NCBI GenBank assembly: GCA_965112735.1
Contig: OZ218959.1
Coordinates: 2,170,001 to 2,234,000, forward strand
Direction of reading: 5' to 3'
Length of the DNA stretch: 64,000 nt
Source of the DNA: Phaeosaccion multiseriatum
Taxonomy: Eukaryota; Protista; Ochrophyta, other classes
Shown: one piece after another, positions 25,383 through 39,614 of the stretch
Layout: each line of letters opens with the position of its first letter
Position numbering within the stretch: position 1 is the stretch's first letter
Notes under the pieces: model-generated
What the model saw: the letters and a program-made list of their open reading frames with translations, nothing else
What the model was told of the DNA's origin: nothing
The model's database searches: none
Made by a program: the position numbers and the translations under genes

Positions 25383-28300
25383 ATGGAGGAGGCCGAGAAG
25401 AGGGCGGAGGATGGGTCGGTGGAGGAGGAGATCCGCTGGCCCACGCTGGCTGCTGAACTGGCGCAGGGCAAGTGGGCAGGCTGTCGCCTCGTCGACACCG
25501 TCTTTCTGGACAGCAGCGGCACAGGGGTGCACAAGTGGGTCTTCACCTCCAAGGGAGGGACCGTCACATGCAAGAAGAAAGGTGGGTGGTTGATGTAAAG
25601 GACAGAGAGAAGGACTCGCCTTTCAGTTCCTGCACCTGGCACCTCGAGCGTATTCGTGTGGGCGACGGCTCGTCCGGCCTTTGCAGCCTTTGCAACCCCC
25701 GTCGCTTACTTCTTTTGCTCTCTGCACTCTGCACTGCGTCAGGCATGGGCCAGGGCCAGACGCAGGGCCATGTTTCCATCGACAAAGTTGTGCAGCGCTT
25801 CACCCGCTTCGCGCTGGCGAACCCACACAACAACTCCGCCGAACAATTCGTGGCAGTCGTACACAAGACCAATAATGACAAAGGGCGTGAGGAGGGGGGG
25901 GGGGAGGAGACGGGGGAGGCAGGGAAAGAGATAGGTGTGCAGGCAACGGTGTACGACCGTGCTTCCTTTGAGGCCATAATGCTGTCTTCCACAGCAGAGG
26001 GCGGCGGGGGAGAGGCAGCAAGAATAGCGCCGCTGTTGGCCTCCGGGGAGAGTGGTGCCGAGCCAGCTTTGGCGCCGGGGGCAGTCTTGCAGTGCTTTCT
26101 CCGACCGAAGGGGGGCGGGAATGAGTTCTTTCGAGCCACGTGTAGCTGCAGCAACCCCGCGGCGGGCTCAGATGGAGAGGCCTCACTGGCAGCCGCGTTT
26201 GAGGTGAAGGTGGCGTTGTGTGGTCCGCTCTACGGACGAAGGAGAGATGCCGCAGGTGTGTAGGTGGGCGCGAATGGTGGCGCTGAGCAGGAGAATCTAC
26301 GCGGAAAGCTTGCTTGTTCGTCTTCTATGGGGCTAAACACGTCTTTCTCTTTCTCTCCGTCTTTCTCTCCCTCCCTCTCTCTTTCTCCCTCTTTCACTCT
26401 CTCCCTCCCTCTCTCGCTACCTCTCGCTAGCTCTCTCTCTCTCTCAAACTCAAATGCTCTATAACTATAGCTCTCTCTTACTCTCTCTCTCCCTCTCTCT
26501 CTCAACAGGTTTGACAGACGTCGCATCATGGCCGCCATCAGAGCGACAAGCTCCGGCGAGCAAAGAGACAGAGGCCACTGCCGTCAAGCAGGCTGCGCTG
26601 TCGCTCGTCGACTTTTTGCGTAGATCAGGGCCACCACCAGCGGGGGCGACAGGAGCAGTTGGTGATACGGCGGCAGGAGCAGAGGTGGCGACGCGGCAGC
26701 TCAAGGGATTAGAGGCAGACTTTATCGTGGACGACAACGGCGACTTGTGGCTCAGCGCTGTGCAGCGTGTGACGCTTGCTGCAGCACGAGTTGGTGATAC
26801 AGCAATAGGAGAGAAGGGAACGGCGACGGAAGAGCCGGAGATACAAAAGGCTGAGGGCGTAGGAGGAGGGGGAGGCGGCTGGGGAGGGGCCGGTCTTGTG
26901 GCCTCCTCCTCATCCTCCTCCTCTTCCTCCTCCGTATCACCAACTGGTGTATCTGCGGGTGTGCTACCCTTAGTAGAGATCGTGGGTGGCGTGTACATAT
27001 GTCACGCTGCTGCCTCTGGCCTGCGGGGGCTGTGTGCCTTCAAGCGGAGGAGAGCCACGCACGCACACACATCACCACAATCCCAGGCCGCAGAGGGAGG
27101 AGGAGGAGGAGGAGGAGAAGGAGGAGGAGGAGGAGGAGGAGGAGCGGGGGACGCCTCAAGCCGGGACGTTTGGGTGTACCGTGATGACGGAGGGGGGGGA
27201 GATGAGGAGGAGGGGCAACAAGAAGGAGGTTTAGCTGTTGGTGATACAGCAGGAGCAGCATCTTCTGCCAGTAGTCGCACCTTTGCTCAGAAGGCGCAGC
27301 AGCGATTCGAGATGAGCTGGAGGAGCGTGAAGCTTATGCAGGTAAGTCAGTGAATCGGTGGGTGTGTGTGTGCGGTTCGCAGTGAGTGGGTTAGTCGGGT
27401 TTGTAGCTTGCAGGCTGGAAGTACTGAGGATTCTTTCACTTTGCTTATTGTCCTTGGACTTGTCGGTCACTTCACTATTACTTTTCAACGTTTACATTGC
27501 TTGTTCTTGCTTGTTCATTTGAACAGGAAGAGGAGCACTTCCTCAGAGGCGAGGTGGGAGGAGCATCAGGCGACAACGACAACTGTGAGCCGATCGGTGC
27601 TGCAGGAGACGACGTCACGACCAAGTGGAAAGCCTTCGACGATCGGGCGTGTGCGGCTCTCTCACGAGAAGAAGGAGGAGAGGGGGAGGAGCGGAGGGTG
27701 ACGGTGTGTGGTAACTGCCACGAGATCGTCTCTAAGCTCGACGACATACGCCGGGGGGGGTTCGGGCTGCTACAGGAGTTGGTGATACAGGAGCAGGAGG
27801 CTCCCAAGCGACCAGAGATGGAAGGAGAAGGCGAGGGTGGGGGGCGGGGTGGGGAGGGGGAGGAAGGCGACGGGATTGCGCCAGAGCCAGAGGACGAAGT
27901 TAACTTTGTTGGCTTGGAGCAAACAGTTACGTTTTCCTCCTCGCCGGCCCAGCTCGAGCAACAGGGGCGGTCGAGGGGTAAGACCCAGCAGTTGGTGGTA
28001 CAGCAATCGCCAAGAGGGAAGCTCGACAGACTGGCACAGACATACACCGCGGGGGCGGCCCCGAGCAGCAAAGGGAAGGCAGCAGGGGCCAAGAAGGTGA
28101 GGAAGGGGGGATGAAGGGCAAGTAGGCCTCGGGCTCCGTGTGTGTACCCACTTGCTGCTGTATCACCAACTGCTGCTGCTGCTGCTGCTGCTGCTGCTAC
28201 TACTGCTACTGCTACTGCTACTGCCTTGTATGCCTATACAGAAAAAGCTCCGAAAGATCAAAGCGAGCGTGACCAAGACGGGGAAAGAAAGAGGAAACCC

Positions 28301-28562
28301 CGAGAGGGAGCAGGGGGACGACTTCGAGCACCCCCCTGACGTCACTCTCATGGCGCAGTTCGCCGCCGAGCGAGACCGCCAAGCGAGGGAGATGGGAGTG
28401 GAGGAGCTGGGTAGCCCGGCCGTGTCGAGTGTCTTTGGGGCGACACGGCCTCTGGGCATGTCCTCCTCCTCCTTCGATAATGATGATGATGATGATGATG
28501 ACGGCTTTGGGCCGGTGAGAGGCAAGAAGGGGGTGGTGCGACAGCGACGACAGCAACAGCAG

Positions 28563-28598
<36 letters not shown>

Positions 28599-29087
28599 TT
28601 GGTGAAACGGCAGCAGAGGGGTCATGTAGCGGAGCTGGACGAGCGCTTGTCTGTGGATGAGCGACTCCTTCATCAACTTGAGGCAGTGGCTGAGCAGCGC
28701 TCCATCAGTCGAGGCTTTGGTTCGAGCGGCATCCTCACAGGAGGAGGAGGAGGAGGAGGAGGAGGAGAGCTCGAGCCTCTCAATGGCACGGGCGCTCACA
28801 CTCGGAGTCTGTCCACGTCCTTGATTCTGTCCGAGGGCGGTGGTGGCGGCGATGACGGTTTCGGCGGTTTCGGAAAGGAGCTGGATGGGCCCCAAGGAGG
28901 TCGGGGAGGGGGGACGATGAGCCAATCGGAGATTGAATTCCTGCGCCGGTCCGAGAAAGGTGCCCCGGATGTCGGGGGTGTTGGAGAAGGGAAGGCAGTG
29001 GATGGGCGGGGAGCGGACCAGGGAAGGAACAGCTTGGACAAGGTGGGTGGGTGGGTGGGTGGGTGGGGAGCGGGGGTTATCGAACCT

Positions 29088-29124
<37 letters not shown>

Positions 29125-29382
29125 ACTCTGCGCGGCCCTGTTGTGTCCCTTCCCTTGCGTGTTGTGGTCATTCCTTGCTGCTTGTCCAGCTCCATCCACT
29201 TCTTGGAGCTTACTTTTCTGTTTCCTGTACTTTGCGTTGCTGTGTGTTTTGCTGTTTGCCTCTCCCGGGGCCGGCCTGCCCTATGCCTGACCAACCCATC
29301 CAGGCGGGGAGTGTGTCTTTCGAGCAGGCGTTCAACAGCATGCAAGGTCAGCAACTGCAACAGCAGCAGCAGCAGCAGCAGC

Positions 29383-29467
<85 letters not shown>

Positions 29468-32459
29468 GCAACAACAACAACAGCAGCAACAACAGGCACT
29501 AGCGCTGTCGCAGCAGTCCATCGGATATGAGAGCGGTGCAGAGGGGGCGGGGCAGGGGCAGGGGAAGCAGTTGGTGATACAGAAGCAGGGGGGAGGGGCC
29601 AACTCGGGCACCATTGACGCTCTCCGAGCCCGAGCGGCGCAGCTGCAGGTGAAGCGCAAGAATTACCCCCCCCCCCCCCTCATGCCATGACACTCACATG
29701 ACACGAAATGTCGAGCAGTTTCAGGACTGACCCATCCACTGCCATCCCTTTGACCCACCCACCCACCCATCCACCGTCCTGACAGCTCCCATCAACTGCC
29801 GTGACCCACCCACTGCTTTAAGTAGGAGAACGCTGCCCTTTCCTGTCCTGACACACCCTCATCCACCGCCATGCACTGCCATGTACTACCATCCACTGCC
29901 ACCCACTACCATCCTCTACCATGCACTGCCATCCACTGCCATCCACTGCCATCCCCCTTTAGTCGGAGAACGCTGCCCTTTTGAAGCGCGTGCATAAGGT
30001 GGAGGAGAGCGGCATCGCAGAGAGCGAGAGGGCAGAAAGGGCCATCAAGCGCCTAGCCACTGCACAGGTTGGTGGAGGGTGTCAGGACAGAGGAGATATC
30101 TCTGTCTTATCTTGTGGTCTCATTCTTTTCTCTCTTTCTGTCTCTCTCTCCCTCTCTCTCTCTGTATCTCTCCCTCCGTCTCTCTCTCTCTCTTTCTCTC
30201 TCTCTGTACCTGTCTCTGTCCCTCTCTCTATGCCTATGCCGCCACACCCCCATCCCGACCCCGACCGTTGCGTTTACCTGCCTTTCTACTGCTGCCGCTG
30301 TATCACCAACTGCTGTCCCTGCCCCTGCCCTTGATCGCTACTCCATCGGTCAATCCATCCATCAATCAAATCATTCCCATCCACCCTGGATCAGGCGGAG
30401 TTCGTGCGAGTGATGAAGGAGAAGGACGCGGACCTAAAGCGGCGCCTGTTGGAGAGTGAAGAGAAGCACAGTCAGAAGCTTGCCGACTCCATGCGGGTAG
30501 CCATGCATGGGGCGAGGAGAGCAGGAGAGAGCCGAGGAGGAGGAGGAGGAGAAGGAGATGATAATGAAGGAGGAGGAGGGGCAGGGGGAGGGGGGGGGGT
30601 AAGAGGCAGCAAGGAGCTTGTAAAGAAGCTCGATGAGGCGCAACGTGTCATTGCGGCCCAGGCACATGCAATGGCAGAGTTGCGCCGGACCATGGCTCAG
30701 GAGAGGGCTGAGGAGGTAGGGAGGGAACAGATCAAGGCGAGGAAGGACCTGGGGGAAGCCCAGGCCTTGTCCGCCGCTCTGGAGGATCGAACCCACGCTC
30801 TGCAGCTTCAGCTGGGGGAAGCTTCCAAGCAGTTGAGCATCATGAAGAGCCGAGAGGCAGAGGCCAATCGAGGCAAGAAAGCGGCGGAGGCGGAGGTGCA
30901 AGGGATGCGGAAGGATATGTTGGTGCTTCGGCAGGCGGTGTCACAGGCGGCGAGTCTGGATGTGGAGGACGGAGATGTGAGATCGGAGGGCGTGATGCGA
31001 GATGGACAAAGTGCGATTAGCGCCATCACGGCCACGTCGGATGCGCGGATTCGCACCTTGAACAACAAGGTAGGAGGAGTGCTCAGTGTTGAAGGCTCGT
31101 CTCTCGCTCCTGATCTTCTCTCTCTCTCTCTTCTCTCTCTCTTTTTCGCTTCTGTGCCCAGCCATCTGCCCATCCACTCACTCTCTCCCTCACTCACTCA
31201 CTCACTCACTCACTCCCTCACTCACTCACTCACTCACTCACTCACTCATTTACTTCATTCACTCACTCACTGACTGACTGACTGACTGACTGACTGACTG
31301 ACAGACCCAATCACTCGCTCACTCACTCACTCACTCACTCACTCACTTACTCACTCACCTTCCTCCCACTCCCTCCTCCCACTCCTTCCTCCCACTCCCT
31401 CCTCCCACTCCCTCCACCCCCCCTCCCTCACTCCCTCACTCCCTCCCTCCCTCCCTCCCATCCTTCCCTCCCCTCCCTCCCTCCCTCCCTCCCTCCCTCC
31501 CTCCCTCCCTCCCTCCCTCCCTCCACACGAAGGTCGAGTACCTAAAGGCCCAGTTGGCAAGCGAGCAAACCGCAAGACGTGAGGTCGAAGAGTCTCTCAC
31601 CGCCAGTCGGAGGAAGGTCGGGGAGGGGAGGGAGGAGGCACGCCAGGCCGAGGAAGCAGCCAATGTCAAGCAAGGGTTGGCCGTGGAGGCTACCCAGAAG
31701 CGGATGCTCGCCACAATTGAGGAGAAGGTGGGGGAGTTATGCCGTATGCAGACCAAGGTGCAATCACTGCAGGATCAGCTGGGAGATGCCCTCGGTGAGT
31801 TGGAGAGGAGGAGTGTAAGTCCATGGGAGTGAAGTGGAGGGGAGTGGAGAGGAATGGAGAAGGAGAGGAGGGAAGGGGGGGGAGGGGAGAAGGGGACTGG
31901 GTTGAAGTGAAGTGGAGTAGAGAAAGAGACACAGAGAGAGAGAGACGTATAGAAAAAGATTCCAACCCCTCATCTGTCCCACTCCCTCCCCCTCTCCCCC
32001 TCTCCCTCCCCTCCCCCCCACAAAGGCGAGGCAAGCTTGTGGAAGTCCCGTGAAGAGTCTGCCCTAGCCGAAGTGTCCACTCTCCAAGCCCGTCTCGAGG
32101 AGGGGAGGGCGGAAAGGGGGCGCCTCATGGCCCGCAACGACGAGTTGTCCGGCCTTCATCTGCGCGATGATGAGGTCTGTGTAAATCCAGCAATTGTATG
32201 ATATGATTGTGTCACCAACTGCTTTTGTGTGTGGTATGTATGTATCGCCGTATCACCAACTGCTCTTTGCGTGTGGGATGTATGTACCTCTCCCCCGCCT
32301 CGCCCACCCACCTTTCCTCCCTTCCTCTCCCTCTCTCTCTCTCGCTCCCTCTCTCTCTGGCTCTCTCTCTCTATCTCTCTCTCTCGCTCCCTCACTCTCT
32401 CTGGCTCTCTCTCTCTCTCCCTCCCTCCCTCTCTCTCTCTGACTCTCTCTCTCTGGCTC

Positions 32460-32490
<31 letters not shown>

Positions 32491-35400
32491 CGCTCTCGCT
32501 CTCGCTCTCTCAGGTGCTGGCCAGCCAAGCCGCGTCCGAGGCCGTTATTCGTCGCCTCGATAACGAAAGACAGTACCTCAAATCACAGCTGGAGAGCGAG
32601 ATTACATGTCGAACAGAGCTCCAGACGGCCCTGGATACAGCGAGTGCGCAGTTGGGGGAGACAAAGGTGTCTATGGCCAAGCAGATGCAGGAGAGTCAGG
32701 AGGAGCACGACAAGCAGGTACGAGACGGGAGAGGGAAGGAGGAGAGGGAAGGGAAGGGAAGGGAAGGGAAGGGGAGGGGAGGGGAGGGGAGGGGAGGGGA
32801 GGGGAGGGGAAGGGAAGGGAGGGGAGGGGAGGGGAGGGGAGGGGAGGAGAGGGGAGGGGAGGGAAGGGAAGGGGAGGAGAGGGGAGGGGAGGGGAGGGGA
32901 GGGGAGGGGAGGGGAGGGGAGGGAAGGGGAGGGGAGGGGAAGGGAGGGGAGGGCAGGGCAGGGGAGGGGAGGAGAGGGGAGGGGAGGGGAGGGGAGGGGA
33001 GGGGAGGGGAGGGGAAGGGAGGGGAGGGGAGGGGAGGGGAAGGGAGGGAAGCTCTCTCTCTCTTTGTCCTCTGTCTTATCCGTTGCGAGTGTGTAGCGTT
33101 CTTGAGGCGCCCTCAAGCATGCAAAGCATCCATCCGCGTCCTCACCTTCCCTTCTCCTCTCCCCCCCCTCTCCTTCCCCTTCCCCTCCCGCCCTCCCTCC
33201 CTCCTTCCCTCCCCTTCCCCGCCATCGCTGCTTCCCCTCCCCTCCCCTTTCCATCCCTCCCCTCCTTCCCCTTCCTCCGCTTCCCTCTTCCCAACAGATT
33301 ACAAAGCTGAAGAACCAACTGTCCTCCTCCTCCTCGGACAACTCGTCTTTAGAAGCCGAGGCCGTGAGCGCCACCAAGCAGCTTGAGGCCGTGCGCAAGG
33401 CATATGGGCAGGTGTGTCTGTGTATGTGCGTGTGCGTGCGTGTGTGTGTGTGTGTGGTATCATGCGTAGGACACCACCCCACCCGCACCAACACATCGCC
33501 CCTCCTCCTCCTCCTCCTCCTCCTCCTCCTCCTCATGCACTGCCATCCATCCACTGCCATCCATCCACTCCCACCCCCTCTTCCTCCTCTTCCTCTCCAC
33601 CACACAGGTTCGTGACCAGCTCCGCGTGGAACAGGCAGCAATGGAGACGACCCGTACCGCCAACAGGCGCCTCAGGGAGGAGCTCAGCAGTGCTCAAGAG
33701 CAAGTCAAGGGCCTGGAGGGAGAGCTCCGAGACGCCAACGCTCGCCACGGCAGCCACATGTTTGCTGTGCAGAGCTCGCTGGATGAACAGGTGGGTGATG
33801 ATGATGATGATGATGATGATGGTGGTGATGATGATGGTGATGGTGATGATGATGATGGTGGTGGTGGTGATGATGATGATGATGGTGATGGTGATGATGA
33901 TGATGATGATATCTCGATATACGATTTAGAGATATCGATGATTGATATCGATTAGGGATATCGATCATCGATATTGGTCTTGGGGATGATCGATGTTGGG
34001 TGTTCTGTCGTCGAGTGTATGGCACTGAAGCTGAAACTGCACCTGAAACTGCACCTTGTTCACACACACACACAAACACACACAAACACGCAGGAGGCCT
34101 CCAAGGCAGCCTTGGCCGTGGGTCTCCGAGCCGAGGTGGAGAAGGAGGCGTTACGAACGGCAGAGGTCCAAGCACAGATGTTGGTGATCCAAAAGGAGCA
34201 CGAGAGGGAGCTGCAAGAGGCCGAGCGGACGGTAGGGGCCGAGCGCCTGGGCCAAGTGCTCGTGCGCTGGAGGAAGAATCGGCTGTGGGGTGTGTGGGCA
34301 CAATGGCAGCTCGGCAATGGGCTTGGTAGGGGGTATGAGGATGTTAAAAGACAGACCGAGGAGACACTCATGGCGGCGGGGAAACGGGCCCGTGCGACGC
34401 AGGATTTGGCGCTGGAGGAGGCGTATGGACAGGCGCAGGAGGAGAGGAATGCGCTGTTGCGAAAGTGGGAGGAGGAGAAGGAGGGTATGCGGGAGGGTTG
34501 GAGGGAGACGGAGGAGCAGCTTAGCAGAGCGGCGGCAGAGCAACAGGCAGCTGCGCTTGATGGGGTGAGTGAGGGAGTGAGGGAGTGAGTGAGTGGGTGG
34601 GTGGGTGAGTGAATGAGTGAGTGAGTGAGTGAGTGAGTGAGTGAGTGAGTGAGTGAGTGAGTGAGTGGTTGAGTGGGTGAGTAAGTCAGTGAGTGGGCGG
34701 GTGGGGGGTGGGGTGTACGTCCTGGGGTATGTGTTTCGGTTTGCGTGGCAGATGAAATTGACTTGCTCTAACCTCTCTCCCCGCTCCCACCCTCCCTCCC
34801 TCCCTCCCTCCCTCCCTCCCTCCCTCCCTCCCTCCCTCCCTCCCTCTCAGCTGCGAGTGGAAGCGGCCGCTCGCCTCTCCAAGGTGGAGCAAGACGGAAA
34901 GGACGCCTTGGCAAGACTCAAGACAGGTAGGTGCATGCAGTACGGTGGTTCCAGAAACGGTTACACAACAGAAAGCCCCCCCCCCCCCCACCCACCCACC
35001 CCGTCATCCACCCACCACCTCACCCTAAGCTTCTTTTCATTCACCCCGCCTCTTTTCAATTCTGATTCTGATTCTGATTCTGATTCTGATTCTGACTCTC
35101 CATTCTCAGAACACGCTCGGAACCTATCCGAGGTGCAGCGTCGGGCTGCAGAAGAGCTCTCACGCCAAGTGCACAGAGCGGAAGAGAAGGGACTGAGCGA
35201 CGTGGCAAAGGCTTTGGAGGAGGCGGATCACAGATGGAGAGAGGTCCTGAGGACAGAGGTGGACAAGGTGAGCGGAGGGGAGGGGAGGGGAGGGGAGGGG
35301 AGGGGAGGCGGAAAGAGGGAGAGAGAGAGGGGGAGGGAGGAGGAGGGAAGGAGAGGGAGCGGGGGGCGGGGGGGGTGGGAGAGAGGGAGGGAGGGGAGGG

Positions 35401-38369
35401 GGGGGAGGGAGGGTTGCGCACGGTGCCTGGTTGCGTGCACTCCTATCAATGGACCCCTCGTGCGCTTGCTCCTATCAAAGCAACCCTCCAACCAACCAAC
35501 CAACCAACCAACCAAAACACCCCGACCAACCACCCCCCCACGCTACCGTTACAGATGAAGGAGCAGGAGGAGCTTCTCCGATCTGCGCTGCTTGCAGATC
35601 AAGACTCTCTCCTTGCAGAGGCACAAGAGGCCTTTGCAGCAGAGAGGATCCGCTGGGAGGAGGATCAGGCCCGACAGATCAAGTTACAAGTGGAGGAGGA
35701 GAGGGAGAGGGGAGCGGCAAGGGGCGTGGAGGAGAAGGCGAGGGGGTACGATGAAGGGAGGATAGAGGCGGAGCACAAGTGGGAGGAGGAGCGGAAGAAG
35801 ATTGAGGAGAAGGAGGAGGGCGTGGAGAAGGTGAGGGAGGGAGGTGGGGAGAGAGGGAGAGACGGAGGGAGGGCTTTTGTGTGAGTGAGAGAGAAGGGGA
35901 GTGAGAGAAGAAGGGAGGGAGGGAGTGAGTGAGTGAGTGAGGGAGTGAGTGAGTGAGTGAGTGAGTGAGTGAGTGAGTGAGTGAGGCTCTGGGGGTTAAG
36001 TACAGGGAAGGTGCATACCTACGGGATGGGGAAACAAACAAACCCTGACCTCTTCCTCCTCCTCACCCCGCGCGCTCCTCCGCTTTCCCCTCAGCTCTGG
36101 CAAGCGAAGCTGGAGAGCACCAAAGCCGCTCTAAACGAGCGACTAAAGCTGGCCCGCTTCAAATGGGAGGAAGAGGAGAAGAAGCACCAAGGGGAACTGC
36201 GGGGCGGGTTGGAGGAGGTGAAGGAGAGAGCTGTCAAGCAGGCTGAGGGCAAGTGGAAAAGGGAGCTGCAGCAAGCCGAGGGACGAGCGCTGTCCATGGC
36301 TGCGAAGGAGTACGAGCGGGGCGTGGTGGAGAGAGGTTAGTGGCGAGAGAGGGGGGGAAGGGGAGGAGAGGAGAGGAGAGGAGAGGAGGGGAGGGGAGGG
36401 GAGGGGAGGGGAGGGGAGAGGAGAGGAGGTGAGAGAAAAGAGAGGAGGGGAGAGGAGAGAGAGGTGAGAGAAAAGAGAGGAGAGAAAAGAACAGGAGAGG
36501 AGAGAGAGGAGAGAAAGGAGATGAGAGGAGAGAAGAGAGAGAGAGAGAAGGTAGGAGGGAGAGAAGAGAGAGAGGGGGGGTTTGTCTCTTCCCTTTGCCT
36601 GTCTGTCATCATCATTATCACGGCTCTTGCACTACACTTAGCCCTTAGCCCCCTCGCTCTTCTCACTTTGCCCTGCGTACCATCTATCTCTCTCTTTTGT
36701 CTCTCTTTCTCCTTCTCCCTCTCGCCCCCCCTGTCCCTCTTTCTCCCTCTCTCCTCCTCTTTCTCCCTCTCCCTCTCTCCCCCTCTGCCCCTCTTTCTCC
36801 CTCTCTCCCCCTCTGCCCCTCTTTCTCCCTCTCTCCTCCTCTTTCTCCCTCTCCCTCCCGCCCCCCCTGTCCCTCTTTCTCCCTCTCTCCTCCTCTTTCT
36901 CCCTCTCCCTCTCTCCCCCTCTGCCCCTCTTTCTCCCTCTCTCCCCCTCTGCCCCTCTTTCTCCCTCTCTCCTCCTCTTTCTCCCTCTCCCTCCCGCCCC
37001 CCCTGTCCCTCTTTCTCCCTCTCTCCTCCTCTTTCTCCCTCTCCCTCTCTCCCCCTCTGCCCCTCTTTCTCCCTCTCTCCTCCTCTTTCTCCCTCTCCCT
37101 CTCCCTCTCGCCCCCTCTCCCTCTCTCCTGCTCTATCCCTGCCTCTCCCTCTCTCCTCCCCCCCCCCCCCCCTCTCCTCTCTCTCTCTCTGTAGGCGCTA
37201 AGGCTGAAGAGGAGGTGGCTGCTCTGAAGGCCGCAGCGGAGAGGGCGCTTGAGGCCGTGAAGGCAGGAGCCAAGGTGGGGGACGCGCACACACACGCACC
37301 CGCACACGCACGCGCCCACACACACACACACACACACACTTGACTCGCCTTACTTCCTTGCCTTCAGCCCAATGACTTACTGTTTTGGCGCCCACACACA
37401 CACACACACACACACACTTGACTCGCCTTACTTCCTTGCCTTCAGCCCAATGACTTACTGTTTTCGCTGACTTGCCTTCCTTGCCTTCAGCCCAATGACT
37501 TACTGATTTGACTGACTGACGCTCACCTCCCCTCATCCCTTCCTCCCTCCCACACACACACACACACTCTCTCTCTCTCGGTGTGGACAGAAATCACTAT
37601 CAGAACTCGCCGCAGCGAACGAAGAGGAGAGAGTGGAGCTGCAGGTAAGTTTGAGTTTCAGCCTTCGAGAGGGGGGGGAGGGGGGAGGGAGGAGTGTGGA
37701 TTGACTGACCCCAGGCTGCCTCGAATGAGGTCTTTCTGATATGTACAGCTCCATAGGCTACACTGGTCTATGGTATATAATCTTACGAACAGCTCCATAG
37801 GTTTCCAGAGGTCTATGGTATATAGCAATAGAGCTGCGTACGATGAGCTATGGTCAGCTCCATAGAGAAGCTCGACTTTCGTCGTCGACATGCTTTGTCG
37901 CGTGTGCCCCTCTTCCCACAAGACGGTTCGTTTCATCCCAACCCATCCGATCCACTGCCATCCCACCGCATGGCATCCATTACCATCTGCACAGGCACAG
38001 GCCGCGCTGGAGCGTGAGGAGGCGGTGAAGGGTGCTCTAGCGGTGGCGAAGGGGGGATGGAGCGCAGAACAGGCCCAGGCAGTGGAGGACGCCATCAAGA
38101 AAACCAAGGTATGGGAGGGGAGGGAGGGGGGAGGGGAGGGGAGGGGGGGTACTCGCAGTTGGGTCTTGGGAAATTGGGCACACAGACTACCTGGGCTCAC
38201 TAGTCCTGACCTACCCTACCCATCCACTGCCATCCCCTACCCCTCCCCCCCCCGAAGGCTCTGTGCAAGGCCGCCCACAGCAAGGAGATGGCAGGAACTG
38301 TCGCTGCCGTCCGAGCGAGAGAGAAGCTCAACACAGAACGGAAGGGTACGTGAGCGAGGGCAATATCGC

Positions 38370-38415
<46 letters not shown>

Positions 38416-39453
38416 TCTGTATCACCAACTGCTGCTATGGCTGCCGCTTCCCTCCTCCGCATTTCACTTGTGGCCCTTCCGTCTAGACCCCTCGCTTTTT
38501 GCTATCCTTCTCTCTCTCATGTTACCCGCCTCGTCTCTCCTCTCATCTCGTCTGCTGCTCCCCTCCTCTCCTCTCGTCTTGAACTCCCCTCCTCCCCTCC
38601 CCACAGCTGAGGAGCTGCGGGACCTCAAGATCGCATTCGCGCAAGAGAGACACGCCCTGGTGAGCGGCTGAGAGGGGGTACACCCAACCTGCCCAATGAG
38701 TACCCAACCTGACCAATGATACCCAAACTCCCCAAACCCCCCCAACTACCCTACCCTACCCTACCCTACCCTACCCTACCCTACCCTACCCTACCCTACC
38801 CTACCCTACCCTGCCCTACCCTACCCTACCCTACCCTACCCTACCCTACCCTGCCCTACCCTACCCTACCCTACCCTACCCTACCCTGCCCTACCCTACC
38901 CTACCCTACCCTACCCTACCCTACCCTACCCTACCCTGCCCTACCCTACCCTACCCTACCCTACCCTACCCTACCTTACCCTACCCTACCCTACCCTGCC
39001 CTACCCTACCCTACCCTACCCTACCCTACCCTACCCTACCCTACCCTACCCTACCCTACCCTACCCTACCCTACCCTACCCTACCCTACCCTACCCTACC
39101 CTACCCTACCCTACCCTACCCTGCCCTACCCTGCCCTACCCTACCCTACCCTACCCTACCCTACCCTACCCTACCCTACCCTACCCTACCCTACCCTACC
39201 CTACCCTACCCTACCTTACCCTACCCTACCCTTGTCCAGGCGGAAGCGGCGTCCAAGGCCGAGCAGGAGGCCCTTGCCGCAGCTGCAGAGATGAAGAGCA
39301 ACCTTCACGTGCTCAGCGAGGCCAACGCGCGAGCAAGGACACAGTGGGAGGCGGGACAGAAGGCCGCCATGGAGAAGGTGGGTTGGTTGGTTGGTTGGTT
39401 GGTTGGTTGGGTGTGGCTGTGGCTGTGGGTGGGTGTGTGTGTGTGGCTGTGTG

Positions 39454-39515
<62 letters not shown>

Positions 39516-39583
39516 GTGTGGCTGTGTGACTGTGTGGGTGTGTGTGTGTGTATGTATGTGTGTATGTGTGTGGCTGTGTGGGT

Positions 39584-39614
<31 letters not shown>

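Noticed and set aside
38716-39294. ORF of (LPYPT)n and other low-complexity ORFs such as (PPSL)n, (GEGRG)n, poly-H and poly-C
   Set aside because: They are translations of intronic microsatellites or antisense shadows of real exons.
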